A stretch of DNA of 64,000 nucleotides, taken from Lentisphaerota bacterium (GTDB taxonomy: Bacteria > Verrucomicrobiota > Lentisphaeria > Oligosphaerales > JABHEG01). The stretch covers positions 14,554-78,553 of the forward strand of contig JABHEG010000296.1 in assembly GCA_018676675.1 (NCBI GenBank), in the 5' to 3' direction. Shown one piece after another: positions 55,680 through 64,000 of the stretch. Every line of letters starts with the position of its first letter. Within the stretch, counting starts at the first letter, position 1. Position numbers and translations under genes: made by a program. The notes beneath the pieces are model-generated. The model was not told where the DNA came from and ran no database searches. It saw only the letters and a program-made list of their open reading frames with translations.

Positions 55680-56375
55680 TCACTCGCTGGCGCTCACGGC
55701 CTCCACTTTCGGGAAAGAAACCGAGACCACGGCCTGATATGGGATGATCACGAAGTCGTCATCGACGTCCTGCAGCAGCAGCTCGTGGCCCACCGCGCTT
55801 TGCTCGACCTTGAGGATTGTTCCCACGATGGTACGGCCTGAGGTAACCTCGATCGCGACTTGAGCGTGGTCTGCAATGAGCTGGTCGAAGCTGAGCTGGA
55901 CGACATTGCTGATGTTCAGCCCCCAGGCCACAGCCTGACGGTAGAGTTCCGTGGTGATATTGAGCCGCTTGGCTACCACACTGACCAAGTGGCTCAGCAA
56001 CGTCTGCCCCATCGCCCCGTGCTCCTCGCAGAGCGCCGAGAAGGCATCCCGGGTCAGGGACAGGAGCACGCAGTCTGACTTTGTCGTTGCGGTTGCTGAA
56101 CGTGGATCGCCGGTCAACAGAGCAAGTTCGCCGAACACCCCTCCCGTACGCAACGTCAGGAGATTCTTCTCTACATCTCCGGCAATTCGCGTCGACACAT
56201 CGACCAACCCCGAGGCAACGATGTAGACCGCGTCCCCGAGTTCTCCTTCTCGGAATACGGTGTACCCGGCCTTGTGCTCTCTCCGAGCCATACCGGCTGA
56301 AACGATGGCCAGTTCCTCGTCGGAGAGTCCGGCGAAGATCTTCAGTTCTTTAAGCAATTGGCTGTCGCCATCCAT
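55680..56375 (-). CDS. cyclic-nucleotide-binding domain protein with uncharacterised C-terminal beta-rich domain
   Basis: GGAGG SD + ATG at 56375. The cNMP domain reads FAGLSDEEL...FREGELGDAVYIVASG...GGVFGELALLTGDPRSATA. Confidence 0.85.
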   Translation of the reverse strand: MDGDSQLLKELKIFAGLSDEELAIVSAGMARREHKAGYTVFREGELGDAVYIVASGLVDVSTRIAGDVEKNLLTLRTGGVFGELALLTGDPRSATATTKSDCVLLSLTRDAFSALCEEHGAMGQTLLSHLVSVVAKRLNITTELYRQAVAWGLNISNVVQLSFDQLIADHAQVAIEVTSGRTIVGTILKVEQSAVGHELLLQDVDDDFVIIPYQAVVSVSFPKVEAVSASE

Positions 56376-56633
56376 GCGGGGCCTCCGGCGATAGGGTGTT
56401 GACAGAGGTAAAGAGGGCAATGCGCAAACACGTCAGCCCCAATATCACACACAGGGGGTGCCCCCGCAAATGAAAGCCTTCGGTCCCGGCAATGGCTGCG
56501 CCCTCTCTGGCTCGAACGTGCCAGAGCTCGCCACAGTGCGTTGCCCAAGCCCAATTGAGGCGTTATCCTCCATGGCCGCAGGAATGAACTCATTTCGACA
56601 GCTCGAGACGATGTCTGCCTCAGGAGAGCCCGC

Positions 56634-59600
56634 GTGACATCCCCACACATTCTGTGCTGTGCTTTGTCAGTGGCCGCCGTGCTGCTCGCCAGAGCCGGTG
56701 CCCAGCCCACGGCAGCCCCCGTCCTCGAGGATGGTTTCGAGTCCGATCTGAGTCACTGGATCGTGGACCGCGGGAAGCAGCCGCTGGTCCTGTCTTCAGA
56801 TCGAGCTTTCGAAGGAAAGAAGTGCGCCTACTCCGGCCCCCCTGGGACAACGAGAGCGGGGAAGCGGGAATTCGGCCTGCACCTTATTGGCCGGGTCGAG
56901 CTTCGTTTCTATGACGATATGGCTCCGCGGAAACAACAGATGGCTGGAGTCTCAGCGGAAGGAGGTCTCCTTGGGATCGCCTGCCGGGGCGGGAAAACCT
57001 ATCAGTACCGGATTAGGCGCAACTACCTCCCAACCGACGTCGCCCGCTCGGAAGGCTGGCACCTCTTTGCCTGGGAAGCCAACGGAAGCGTGACTGAAGC
57101 CTTCATCGACGGGACCAAAGTCGCCGAAAACGCCGAACTGCCGCGTTTGGAGCGTGTCTTTGTGGGCAGTTTCTGGGACAATAGTACGGGCTGGTATGAC
57201 AGCATTCGAGTCTGGCGCAAGGCACCCGACAAGGCACCCCCTTTCACGGAAGCAGAACGCCTCTTCGCCGAAAACGCGCCGGAAGGCCGCGGAATTCGGG
57301 TTGTCAACAAACAGGGGGCATCAGAGAAAGCGATCAACCACTGGGACACCCCGGGACACGTCCTGGAGTGGGTCGTTGGCGTGCCGCAGCCAGGTCCCGG
57401 CATGCTGCTGGTCAAGTACGCAACCGCCAGTGCGTCCGCCATTCGCCTCTTGGGAGTCGGTGAGAAAGCGGTACGCGTCCGTTTCCCTGGAACAGGTGGC
57501 TGGGACAAGTGGGCATTCCAGGGAATCCCGCTGGAAACATCAGAACAGGTTGCCGTCGTTCGCATGAAGGCATCCGAGGGCAGCCTCAATGTGGATTGGC
57601 TGGCCGTTGCTCCAGCGCCATGTGAGCCATCCATCTATGGTCGAGCCCTCGACCTGTTTGTCCGCGAACGTCAACGCCTTGGCACCGTCTCCCGGATGCT
57701 CTCTCGAGCGGCCCAGGGAAGTGGCGTTCCCATTCCCGCACCCGTCGCAGTGCCTGAATTGCGGGAGAAACTCCCAGGACTCGAAGAACTCCAGCATCTT
57801 CCTGAGGCCATTCGACGGGCCGGAGATGCTCTGCGAGAGAGCATTGTAGTGGCAGAGCGCCCCAAGCTTGACAGCATTTTTCGCGTGCCTGAGTGGACGC
57901 TCCCCAAGCGTGAAACCGAGCTCTCTCAGGAGTATTTGAACAGGCTGGCAGCGTACCTCAATCTGACAGCACCGAGATTCCGTGACTGGCCGCATGCGCC
58001 TGGGTGCCGGTACCACAAACGCGAAGGTTCTCGGGAGTGGGATGTGCGCCAAAACGCAACGGTAGCGCTGGGGTACGCTGCCCTCCTACGTGGTCCCACC
58101 TCATCCGAGGCAGGAGGAGTGCCCGTGGCCCAACTGAATGCTGACCTAGCCGGCCTCCTACGCACCATCAGCATCACCCACAAGGTCAACTTCCTCCCCA
58201 CGCGCGACGGCGTCCCTTGGGGAGACCAGTGGCAGTCGGCGTTCTGGGCCGGGATCGCGGGACAAGCTGCCTGGTTGGTTTGGGCACGACTGCCTGACGA
58301 TGTGCGCCTGATGATCGCCCGCATGGTAGAACATGAGGCGAACCGCTTCAACGAACGGCGTCCGGACTCGGGCGTGGAACGGGACACCAAAGCAGAGGAA
58401 AATGCATGGAATTCCGAAGTCATCGCCCTGGCCGCCTGCATGTTTCCCGGTCACCCGAGCGCAGACAAGTGGCACGAGCGGGCCATCGTCTACATGCTCA
58501 ACTCTTTCAGTCGCCAGTCGGATCTGACGTCAGATCAAGTGGTAGATGGTCGGCCTCTGAAAGAGCGTCTCACGGCCGTGACAATCCACCCGGACTTCTC
58601 CCTGGAGAACCACAATCGAGTGCACCCCGACTATCTAACCACAGGGTCCCTGATGCTCCGTAATGCCCTGCTCTATCGCGCCGCGGGCCGACCCATTCCC
58701 GAAAGCACATTCTTCAACGTTCCCGAGACCTATGCTCTAGTGAAGGGAATCACGGCGACCAACGGGTCGTGTTTCTACGTTAATGGGCAGGACTGGTGGC
58801 CACACCGACACGATGTTCCATTGCTCATCTCGGGGCTGATGAGCGTCCTCAGGAACGACCCCGAGGCCGCTTTCATCGAACGCGCCACCCTCGCCTTCAC
58901 CGGCCGAATGCATGCCCGCTTCAAGGACGGAAGCATGTGGGACCGCCGTGAGTACAACTACGCCAATGCCGAAGAGGAGATGATCGCACGGTACGCCGAG
59001 CTCTACCTTTTCCATCGTACGTTCGGCGATGGTCCACCCCCAACACCAAAAGCCACCTTCCTCGCTGAACAGAGCGGAGTTCGAGTGTATGATCGAGGAG
59101 GCTTTGTTACTCATCGAACACCGACCAAATTCGTTTCTCTTGCCTGGAAGAACGGAGCGATGGGGCTCGTTTTTCCACGGGATGACACATGGTTCACCGC
59201 TCCATACGAACGCGGCCTGGTGGGAACGATCACCTGCAGAGGGAAAAATGACAGTCGCCCCGTCCTGATCGCCAGGAAGGTCGTTCCACAGCCGGATAGC
59301 TTTGCCGCCGCGGTCCGCCTCTCCCGCTGCGATGGCGCCGTCGAACAGCAACTGGCCGTCGTCTCCTTCCCCGAGGATCGCGTGGTCATCCTGGAGCAAC
59401 TCGTAGCTCTGGAGCCCATCGTCCTCGACCGGGTTGCCACCGGGGCGTTTGGCATCCTCAACGAAGATGCCCCCGGGATCTCTCCCAACCGACGCGTACT
59501 GCATCATGCCGGCGGCAGGACCAGTGTGGACGGCGCATGTGCTGCGAAGCGGACCCACATCCCGATCCCGTCCACCTGGATCAACATCGATGACCGGTTT

Positions 59601-59945
59601 GGCGTCGTAGCATCGGCGTCAAGACTGGCATATCTTGACCACAATGCCTATCAGAAATCCCGCCTGAGGGAGATACTCCATGCCAACGCCATCTCCGGCC
59701 CACAGCAGGTCAGCAAAGGCGATATCTTCAGCCAGTCGACATGGCTGGTCCTTCCGAATGCGACCGCCGAAACAACTCAAGGACAAACCATCGCCTTGCG
59801 CATCACCGGCGAGTTACCCGTTGCCTGCCTCTCGGACGGAACCGAAATCACGGCGAACTTCGCAGCAGAAACGAAGGAGGTCGTCGAGGTCGACGGCCAG
59901 GTCCATTCGCTTCGCCCTCTCGATGTTCTGATCACGGGACGGTGA
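56634..59945 (+). CDS. large secreted protein: LamG/ConA-like - CBM-like - (alpha/alpha)-toroid/heparinase-II/III-like region
   Basis: AGGAGAG SD + GTG. Signal peptide. LamG-like N-terminus (..GWHLFAWEANG..), a CBM-like segment (HWDTPGHVLEWVV...GGWDKWAF...LNVDWLAV), and ENHNRVHPDY in the central helical region. Confidence 0.7.
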   Translation: MTSPHILCCALSVAAVLLARAGAQPTAAPVLEDGFESDLSHWIVDRGKQPLVLSSDRAFEGKKCAYSGPPGTTRAGKREFGLHLIGRVELRFYDDMAPRKQQMAGVSAEGGLLGIACRGGKTYQYRIRRNYLPTDVARSEGWHLFAWEANGSVTEAFIDGTKVAENAELPRLERVFVGSFWDNSTGWYDSIRVWRKAPDKAPPFTEAERLFAENAPEGRGIRVVNKQGASEKAINHWDTPGHVLEWVVGVPQPGPGMLLVKYATASASAIRLLGVGEKAVRVRFPGTGGWDKWAFQGIPLETSEQVAVVRMKASEGSLNVDWLAVAPAPCEPSIYGRALDLFVRERQRLGTVSRMLSRAAQGSGVPIPAPVAVPELREKLPGLEELQHLPEAIRRAGDALRESIVVAERPKLDSIFRVPEWTLPKRETELSQEYLNRLAAYLNLTAPRFRDWPHAPGCRYHKREGSREWDVRQNATVALGYAALLRGPTSSEAGGVPVAQLNADLAGLLRTISITHKVNFLPTRDGVPWGDQWQSAFWAGIAGQAAWLVWARLPDDVRLMIARMVEHEANRFNERRPDSGVERDTKAEENAWNSEVIALAACMFPGHPSADKWHERAIVYMLNSFSRQSDLTSDQVVDGRPLKERLTAVTIHPDFSLENHNRVHPDYLTTGSLMLRNALLYRAAGRPIPESTFFNVPETYALVKGITATNGSCFYVNGQDWWPHRHDVPLLISGLMSVLRNDPEAAFIERATLAFTGRMHARFKDGSMWDRREYNYANAEEEMIARYAELYLFHRTFGDGPPPTPKATFLAEQSGVRVYDRGGFVTHRTPTKFVSLAWKNGAMGLVFPRDDTWFTAPYERGLVGTITCRGKNDSRPVLIARKVVPQPDSFAAAVRLSRCDGAVEQQLAVVSFPEDRVVILEQLVALEPIVLDRVATGAFGILNEDAPGISPNRRVLHHAGGRTSVDGACAAKRTHIPIPSTWINIDDRFGVVASASRLAYLDHNAYQKSRLREILHANAISGPQQVSKGDIFSQSTWLVLPNATAETTQGQTIALRITGELPVACLSDGTEITANFAAETKEVVEVDGQVHSLRPLDVLITGR

Positions 59946-59993
59946 CCCCGGCCCAAGTATGGCGGAACGCATCGCCAAACAGGATATTCCCCC

Positions 59994-60791
59994 ATGTCGG
60001 AGCCCTTGAAGACCGCCCAGTTCCAACGTCCCGACTGCACCAACCGTTACGCGCTGATCGCGTGTGAAGTCCTCTACCGCGAGTGTTGCCATTTAACGGC
60101 GACCGGGCGTCACACGATCGATCACTTCTGGCTGAGCCAGGGCCTTCATGACCTGGGACCGGAGAGGATGAGTGCCAGAATCCAGGAACAGATCGACTCC
60201 CTGCCCGGCGGCGTACACGATGCCGTCCTTCTCGGCTTCGGCTTGTGCAACAACGGCATCGCCGGGCTCAGAGCCGGAGAGGTCCCGCTGGTGGTGCCAA
60301 AAGCTCATGACTGTATCACGCTCTTCCTCGGTTCAAGGTGCCGGTACCGTGAGCTTTTTGATGGAGCTCCAGGCACCTACTACCTCACCACAGGGTGGCT
60401 GGAACGCGATGACAGTGTCGCCGAAGACGACGAGGGAGCAACGATACAGGATCAGCTTGGCCTGGGAATGTCCTGGGAAGAGCTCTGCGAGAAATATGGC
60501 GAAGAGAACGCAGCGTTTGTTGCCGAAACCATGGGCGACCTGACCCAGAACTACTCACGCTTGGTCTATATCCGGATGCCATTTGAGCAGGACTCACATT
60601 TTGAGGACACCGCCCGTGCCGGGGCTCAGGCCAAAGGGTGGGAATTCGCAAGCGTGCCGGGCGATCTTCGCCTCCTCAGCAACCTGCTGGCCGGACATTG
60701 GGATGAAGATTTTGTCGTCGCTCAGCCGGGCGAAACGCTCGCCCCATCCTACGATGAGCATGTCGTATGCCCCTGCTCCTGTGGAAACTGA
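59994..60791 (+). CDS. DUF1638 domain protein
   Basis: ALIACEVLYRE...GLHDLGPERM...DAVLLGFGLCNNG...PLVVPKAHDCITLFLGS...GTYYLTTGWLE matches my recollection of the DUF1638 pattern. Confidence 0.7.
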   Translation: MSEPLKTAQFQRPDCTNRYALIACEVLYRECCHLTATGRHTIDHFWLSQGLHDLGPERMSARIQEQIDSLPGGVHDAVLLGFGLCNNGIAGLRAGEVPLVVPKAHDCITLFLGSRCRYRELFDGAPGTYYLTTGWLERDDSVAEDDEGATIQDQLGLGMSWEELCEKYGEENAAFVAETMGDLTQNYSRLVYIRMPFEQDSHFEDTARAGAQAKGWEFASVPGDLRLLSNLLAGHWDEDFVVAQPGETLAPSYDEHVVCPCSCGN

Positions 60792-60934
60792 CTATCTCCT
60801 CTCTGCGTCGCGGTCAGTGCCCACGTCAACTGGGCGTGTCCGCTTCAGCACAACGGGGCCCACGTTCAACTCCCGAAGCCCCGCTAAGCGAAGCAACGCA
60901 TCCGAAAACGCCCCCACCGGCCCGCAGATTCCTC

Positions 60935-60963
60935 TTGCTTTGAGAGGCGTCGTTAGCTATAAT
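60935..60963 (+). promoter_or_regulatory. sigma-70-type promoter for the DUF1559 gene
   Basis: TTGCTT, 17-nt spacer, TATAAT (perfect -10), about 110 nt upstream of the start codon. Pattern match only. Confidence 0.45.
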
Positions 60964-61072
60964 GTCTATCCGTGTCTTTAAGGTGGCTGGACACGGCGCA
61001 GGTTCTATTCTCTCTGCCACCACTAGTTCGACGCGTTGAGCGCCCCGCTGTACCGGAGGTAGAGCAACGCCT

Positions 61073-61828
61073 ATGGAGCAGTGCATGCGACTCCCGAAAA
61101 ACACTGGATTGAGAGACATTGTTCGATTTACGTTGATCGAGCTGCTTGTGGTCATAGCGATCATCGCTATTCTGGCCGCGATGCTGCTGCCGGCACTGCA
61201 ACAGGCCAAGGCACGCGCCAACCGAGCCAGTTGTGTCTCGAACCTTAAGCAGTTGACCCTCGGACAGAACATGTACCTTGAAGACTACAACGGATACTTC
61301 ATCCTCGGCGGAGGCGGCAGCTCCATGGGGAATCCCCGTTGGTGGAAACTGATGAAGGATTATGTCCCGTGGGAGAAGAACGGCGGGTACGGAGCCTATC
61401 AGTGCCCTGCCGATAACGATCGTAGGGCACGCAGCTACGCGGGTAACTACAACATTTCTCGCTGGCAGTTCTCGCGCACGATTAATGATATAGCCACATC
61501 CTCCGGCACATGCATCATGGTTGATGCATCTCAGTGTAGCACTGGCGTAACCAGCAACCACGACCCTCTGGCTTGGGAAGGAATGAGTACGGGCTCTTCA
61601 GACTGGCAGTTCACCCCGCCTTCCGACTGGACCGGCGGCGGAGCCGGCTCGTGGTACCTCAACACGAACGGCAATTACACACGTCGACCGATTGCCCGGC
61701 ATGACCGTGGCATGAACGTTTCGTTCGTTGACGGTCACGTGGACTGGATGACGGCCAAGGCGTTCCTCGGGCCGCTGCCCAATGGCTGGGCGTACGGATC
61801 CGGCGAGAACACATGGGATAACAAGTAG
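61073..61828 (+). CDS. DUF1559 / prepilin-type N-terminal cleavage-methylation domain protein (H-X9-DG)
   Basis: [24 protein letters not shown] class-III signal. C-terminal [19 protein letters not shown] (H-X9-DG). Confidence 0.9.
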   Translation: MEQCMRLPKNTGLRDIVRFTLIELLVVIAIIAILAAMLLPALQQAKARANRASCVSNLKQLTLGQNMYLEDYNGYFILGGGGSSMGNPRWWKLMKDYVPWEKNGGYGAYQCPADNDRRARSYAGNYNISRWQFSRTINDIATSSGTCIMVDASQCSTGVTSNHDPLAWEGMSTGSSDWQFTPPSDWTGGGAGSWYLNTNGNYTRRPIARHDRGMNVSFVDGHVDWMTAKAFLGPLPNGWAYGSGENTWDNK

Positions 61829-61857
61829 CCCAAAGCCCCCCCTCCTTGACCTACAGA

Positions 61858-61889
61858 GGCTCCCGAGAAATCGGGGGCCTTTTTTTTTT
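61858..61889 (+). terminator. intrinsic terminator
   Basis: GGCTCCCGA-GAAA-TCGGGGGCC forms a 9-bp stem (one G-U pair) with a GNRA-like tetraloop, followed by T10. Confidence 0.8.
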
Positions 61890-62007
61890 GTGCGTCAGGA
61901 CCGGCGACCAACCCACCGGGAATGGAGGGACCAGGGATGACCGCCGCTCACGAAGGGGGCAGCTCGGCCTGTCTCCCGCTACTTCAATGCCGCGTGCCGT
62001 GCCCTGG

Positions 62008-62511
62008 TCAGTCGTTTTCCCAGTACGTGAGCAGCTTGCTGTGACAGCTGATCGGTCCGTCTGCGTAATCACTCCGGTAGGCCAGATACTCCTCCACGGT
62101 GCTGCATCCCGCCCAGCAGGCAAACTCGTCGGCCGCCAGCGCGGCTTCAGCGAGACAGGCAAACTCGACATAGTCCTGCGACCGCGCCAGGTCAATAGGA
62201 GCCATGGTCTGCGTGTCCCACGCTCTGACATTCATGCAGATCTCGTTCTCAGGCCCAAACCTGAACACTTTCGTGATGTGGGGAAAGGCTGTGATGAAGC
62301 CGATGCCCTCAACACCTTTAGCTTCTCCGAGGGCCTCAAGAAATGCCTCCTGCGTCAAGCCGCATGCTGCCCACACCGTACGACTCGGATCCGGGCGGCC
62401 GACAATGTCGACAAAATAGACCTTCAACGCCGTCTTCCCGTCCTTCCCTCGGAACAGGTCACGACCGGAGATCTTGGCGTGGTACGTATTGCAGGGCTTG
62501 ATCGGTTGCAT
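62008..62511 (-). CDS. hypothetical protein (167 aa)
   Basis: GGAGGAA SD + ATG at 62511. Good GC3 bias. Family not recognised. Divergent from the TGT-like gene. Confidence 0.6.
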   Translation of the reverse strand: MQPIKPCNTYHAKISGRDLFRGKDGKTALKVYFVDIVGRPDPSRTVWAACGLTQEAFLEALGEAKGVEGIGFITAFPHITKVFRFGPENEICMNVRAWDTQTMAPIDLARSQDYVEFACLAEAALAADEFACWAGCSTVEEYLAYRSDYADGPISCHSKLLTYWEND

Positions 62512-62765
62512 CAAGAATTCCTCCAGAAGGGAGCGACGGTTCGCAGTCGGGGTTCGGTCACAAAGAAGATACGATAGTGACCTTGCACGCAGTATCAAAG
62601 GCCCGGGTAGCACGTATTGGCCGACGCATATCGACACGGCCTGCGAAGCTCCTTACCCATGGCCCGGTGCAGATGCTCAGTGTCGGTGAAGAGTTTCGGG
62701 GAGTATGGTACCGCTCGGACCTGAACGCCAAATCCAGAAGCCCCCAAATCCTGAACCGCAACCCC

Positions 62766-63821
62766 ATGCCTACCACATCGTCCAGAGTACTCAAGACGCG
62801 CCGGCACACCATCCAACTGCCGGTCTTTCTGCCGGTGTACCAGCCCCACAAAGAGACGGCGACGCTACGTGAATGGCAGCGCGACTTCGGGATCGAGGGG
62901 TGCATTGTCAATGCCTACTTCCTCTACAAAGACCGAGAGATGCGCCAACGCTTCAAGGACGGTCTCGAGCTCCACGACTACATTGACTTCGATGGCCTGA
63001 TCATGACAGACTCGGGGGCCTTCCAGGGATTCAATCGGCCACTGCTTCTCGCAAACAAGAAGATCGTGGCGTTCCAGGACGCGATCGGAGCGGATGTCCT
63101 TTCTCCCCTCGACCTCGTGACTCCACCCGGTGACAAACGGACCGTCGCCGAACGGAAGCTCAATGCCACACAGAAGCGAATTCGGGAGGCAAAGCGCTAC
63201 TGCCACCAGGGAATGCTCGCCGGAGTGCAACAGGGCGGGCGCTTCCGGGACCTTCGACGCCGCAGCGTCGAGGAGATTATGGAAATCGGGGTCGACTACT
63301 TGGCGATTGGGAGCCTGGTACCGTTCTTCAACCGCAACCACAACCTGCAGTTTGTGGCGGACATCGTGCGAGAAGCCCGGACCATCGCCGGCCCTGAGAT
63401 GCCAATGCATATCTTCGGAGCGGGCGATCCCGTTGAGCTTCCTTTCTTCGCGGCGCTGGGAGCAGACATCTTCGATTCCTCATCATACGGGCACTATGCC
63501 GCTGGCGGTTGGTACATGACGCCCTACGGGGCTGTCAAGGACCACGCCACGCTCCAGTTGAGTGGGTTCAACTGTTCGTGTGCGATATGCGTCAACCGGG
63601 AGAGTTCCACCATTCCCGAGGCCCTCCCCGAAGCTGATTTGCGCCTCCACAACCTCTGCACCATTCTGAAGACCTTGGAACGAATCAGAACAGCCCAGGC
63701 GACCGGTGAGATTGAAGGCATGCTCACGGACATTCTGGAACGGCACGCAGTCTGTTTCCCCGGAAGCGATCTGCCGGAGTCGTGGGCGACGTGCAACACA
63801 CCCGACGTCGAGCGAACATAG
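62766..63821 (+). CDS. archaeal-type tRNA-guanine transglycosylase catalytic-domain homolog (DpdA/TgtA5-like), no PUA domain
   Basis: Collinear with the archaeosine TGT core: LPVFLPVY, FLYKD, DFDGLIMTDSGAFQ, FQDAIGADVLSPLDLVTPPGD, YLAIGSLVPF, MHIFGAGDP, GADIFDSSSY, and Zn site CSCAIC...LHNL. Confidence 0.8.
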   Translation: MPTTSSRVLKTRRHTIQLPVFLPVYQPHKETATLREWQRDFGIEGCIVNAYFLYKDREMRQRFKDGLELHDYIDFDGLIMTDSGAFQGFNRPLLLANKKIVAFQDAIGADVLSPLDLVTPPGDKRTVAERKLNATQKRIREAKRYCHQGMLAGVQQGGRFRDLRRRSVEEIMEIGVDYLAIGSLVPFFNRNHNLQFVADIVREARTIAGPEMPMHIFGAGDPVELPFFAALGADIFDSSSYGHYAAGGWYMTPYGAVKDHATLQLSGFNCSCAICVNRESSTIPEALPEADLRLHNLCTILKTLERIRTAQATGEIEGMLTDILERHAVCFPGSDLPESWATCNTPDVERT

Positions 63822-63836
63822 GCAGAAAGTCCGTCC

Positions 63837-64000
63837 ATGCCGGAACCGGATACATTGGCTACGATACGGGAGGCGCTGGCGCAGGGCGTCAGTGTGAACT
63901 ACCGCACGTCACCAGATGATGCCCTTCTCCTGGTCGATGAGATCCTGGCTCACTCCCCTGCCCTGCGGGAAGCAGCGAAACAGGAGCCCGATCCCCAGGC
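63837..64000 (+). CDS. hypothetical protein, N-terminal part only (runs off the window end)
   Basis: ATG 16 nt after the TGT-like stop. Frame is open to the window end. MPEPDTLATIREALAQGVSVNYRTSPDDALLLVDEIL. Family not recognised. Confidence 0.45.
   Translation, partial: MPEPDTLATIREALAQGVSVNYRTSPDDALLLVDEILAHSPALREAAKQEPDPQ

Noticed and set aside
62865-63410. 181-aa minus-strand ORF
   Set aside because: Antisense shadow of the TGT-like gene.
1-64000. Search for CRISPR arrays, IS elements, integrases, prophage or toxin-antitoxin modules
   Set aside because: No regularly spaced direct repeats, transposase or integrase motifs, phage structural genes or small paired ORFs were seen. The window looks like core chromosome, apart from the two decayed fragments around amtB-glnK.

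Overview
GC-rich bacterial chromosomal segment. I call about 50 protein-coding genes, 2 probable gene remnants, and a few regulatory sites and terminators. I recognised no rRNA, tRNA, CRISPR array, transposase or integrase. All family calls come from reading motifs in the supplied translations and DNA by eye; no searches were run. The gene content looks like a Planctomycetota/PVC-type genome (inference): a DUF1559 prepilin-like H-X9-DG protein, a HEAT/DUF1080 giant, three Gfo/Idh/MocA-type oxidoreductases, large secreted LamG/CBM proteins, and an O-antigen-ligase-TPR fusion. Housekeeping landmarks are uvrC, a DksA/TraR protein, lspA, thyX, amtB-glnK, birA, dinG, pilT and an RluA-family synthase. 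The points most worth a second look: (1) an archaeal-type, catalytic-domain-only tRNA-guanine transglycosylase homolog (DpdA/TgtA5-like) with unknown neighbours at the right edge; (2) a near-consensus BirA operator in front of a birA-TonB-dependent-receptor operon; (3) a nitrogen locus with an orphan sigma-54 activator, a textbook -24/-12 promoter and amtB-glnK, flanked on both sides by decayed gene fragments (a PtsP-like GAF fragment and a collapsed porin-like gene); (4) an intrinsic terminator with a C-rich loop that lies downstream of no gene (candidate sRNA or attenuator); (5) a kinase-like domain that lacks the catalytic Asp, fused to a polytopic membrane domain. Most of the window is ordinary core-genome content. 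Nothing here is proven to be a new system.
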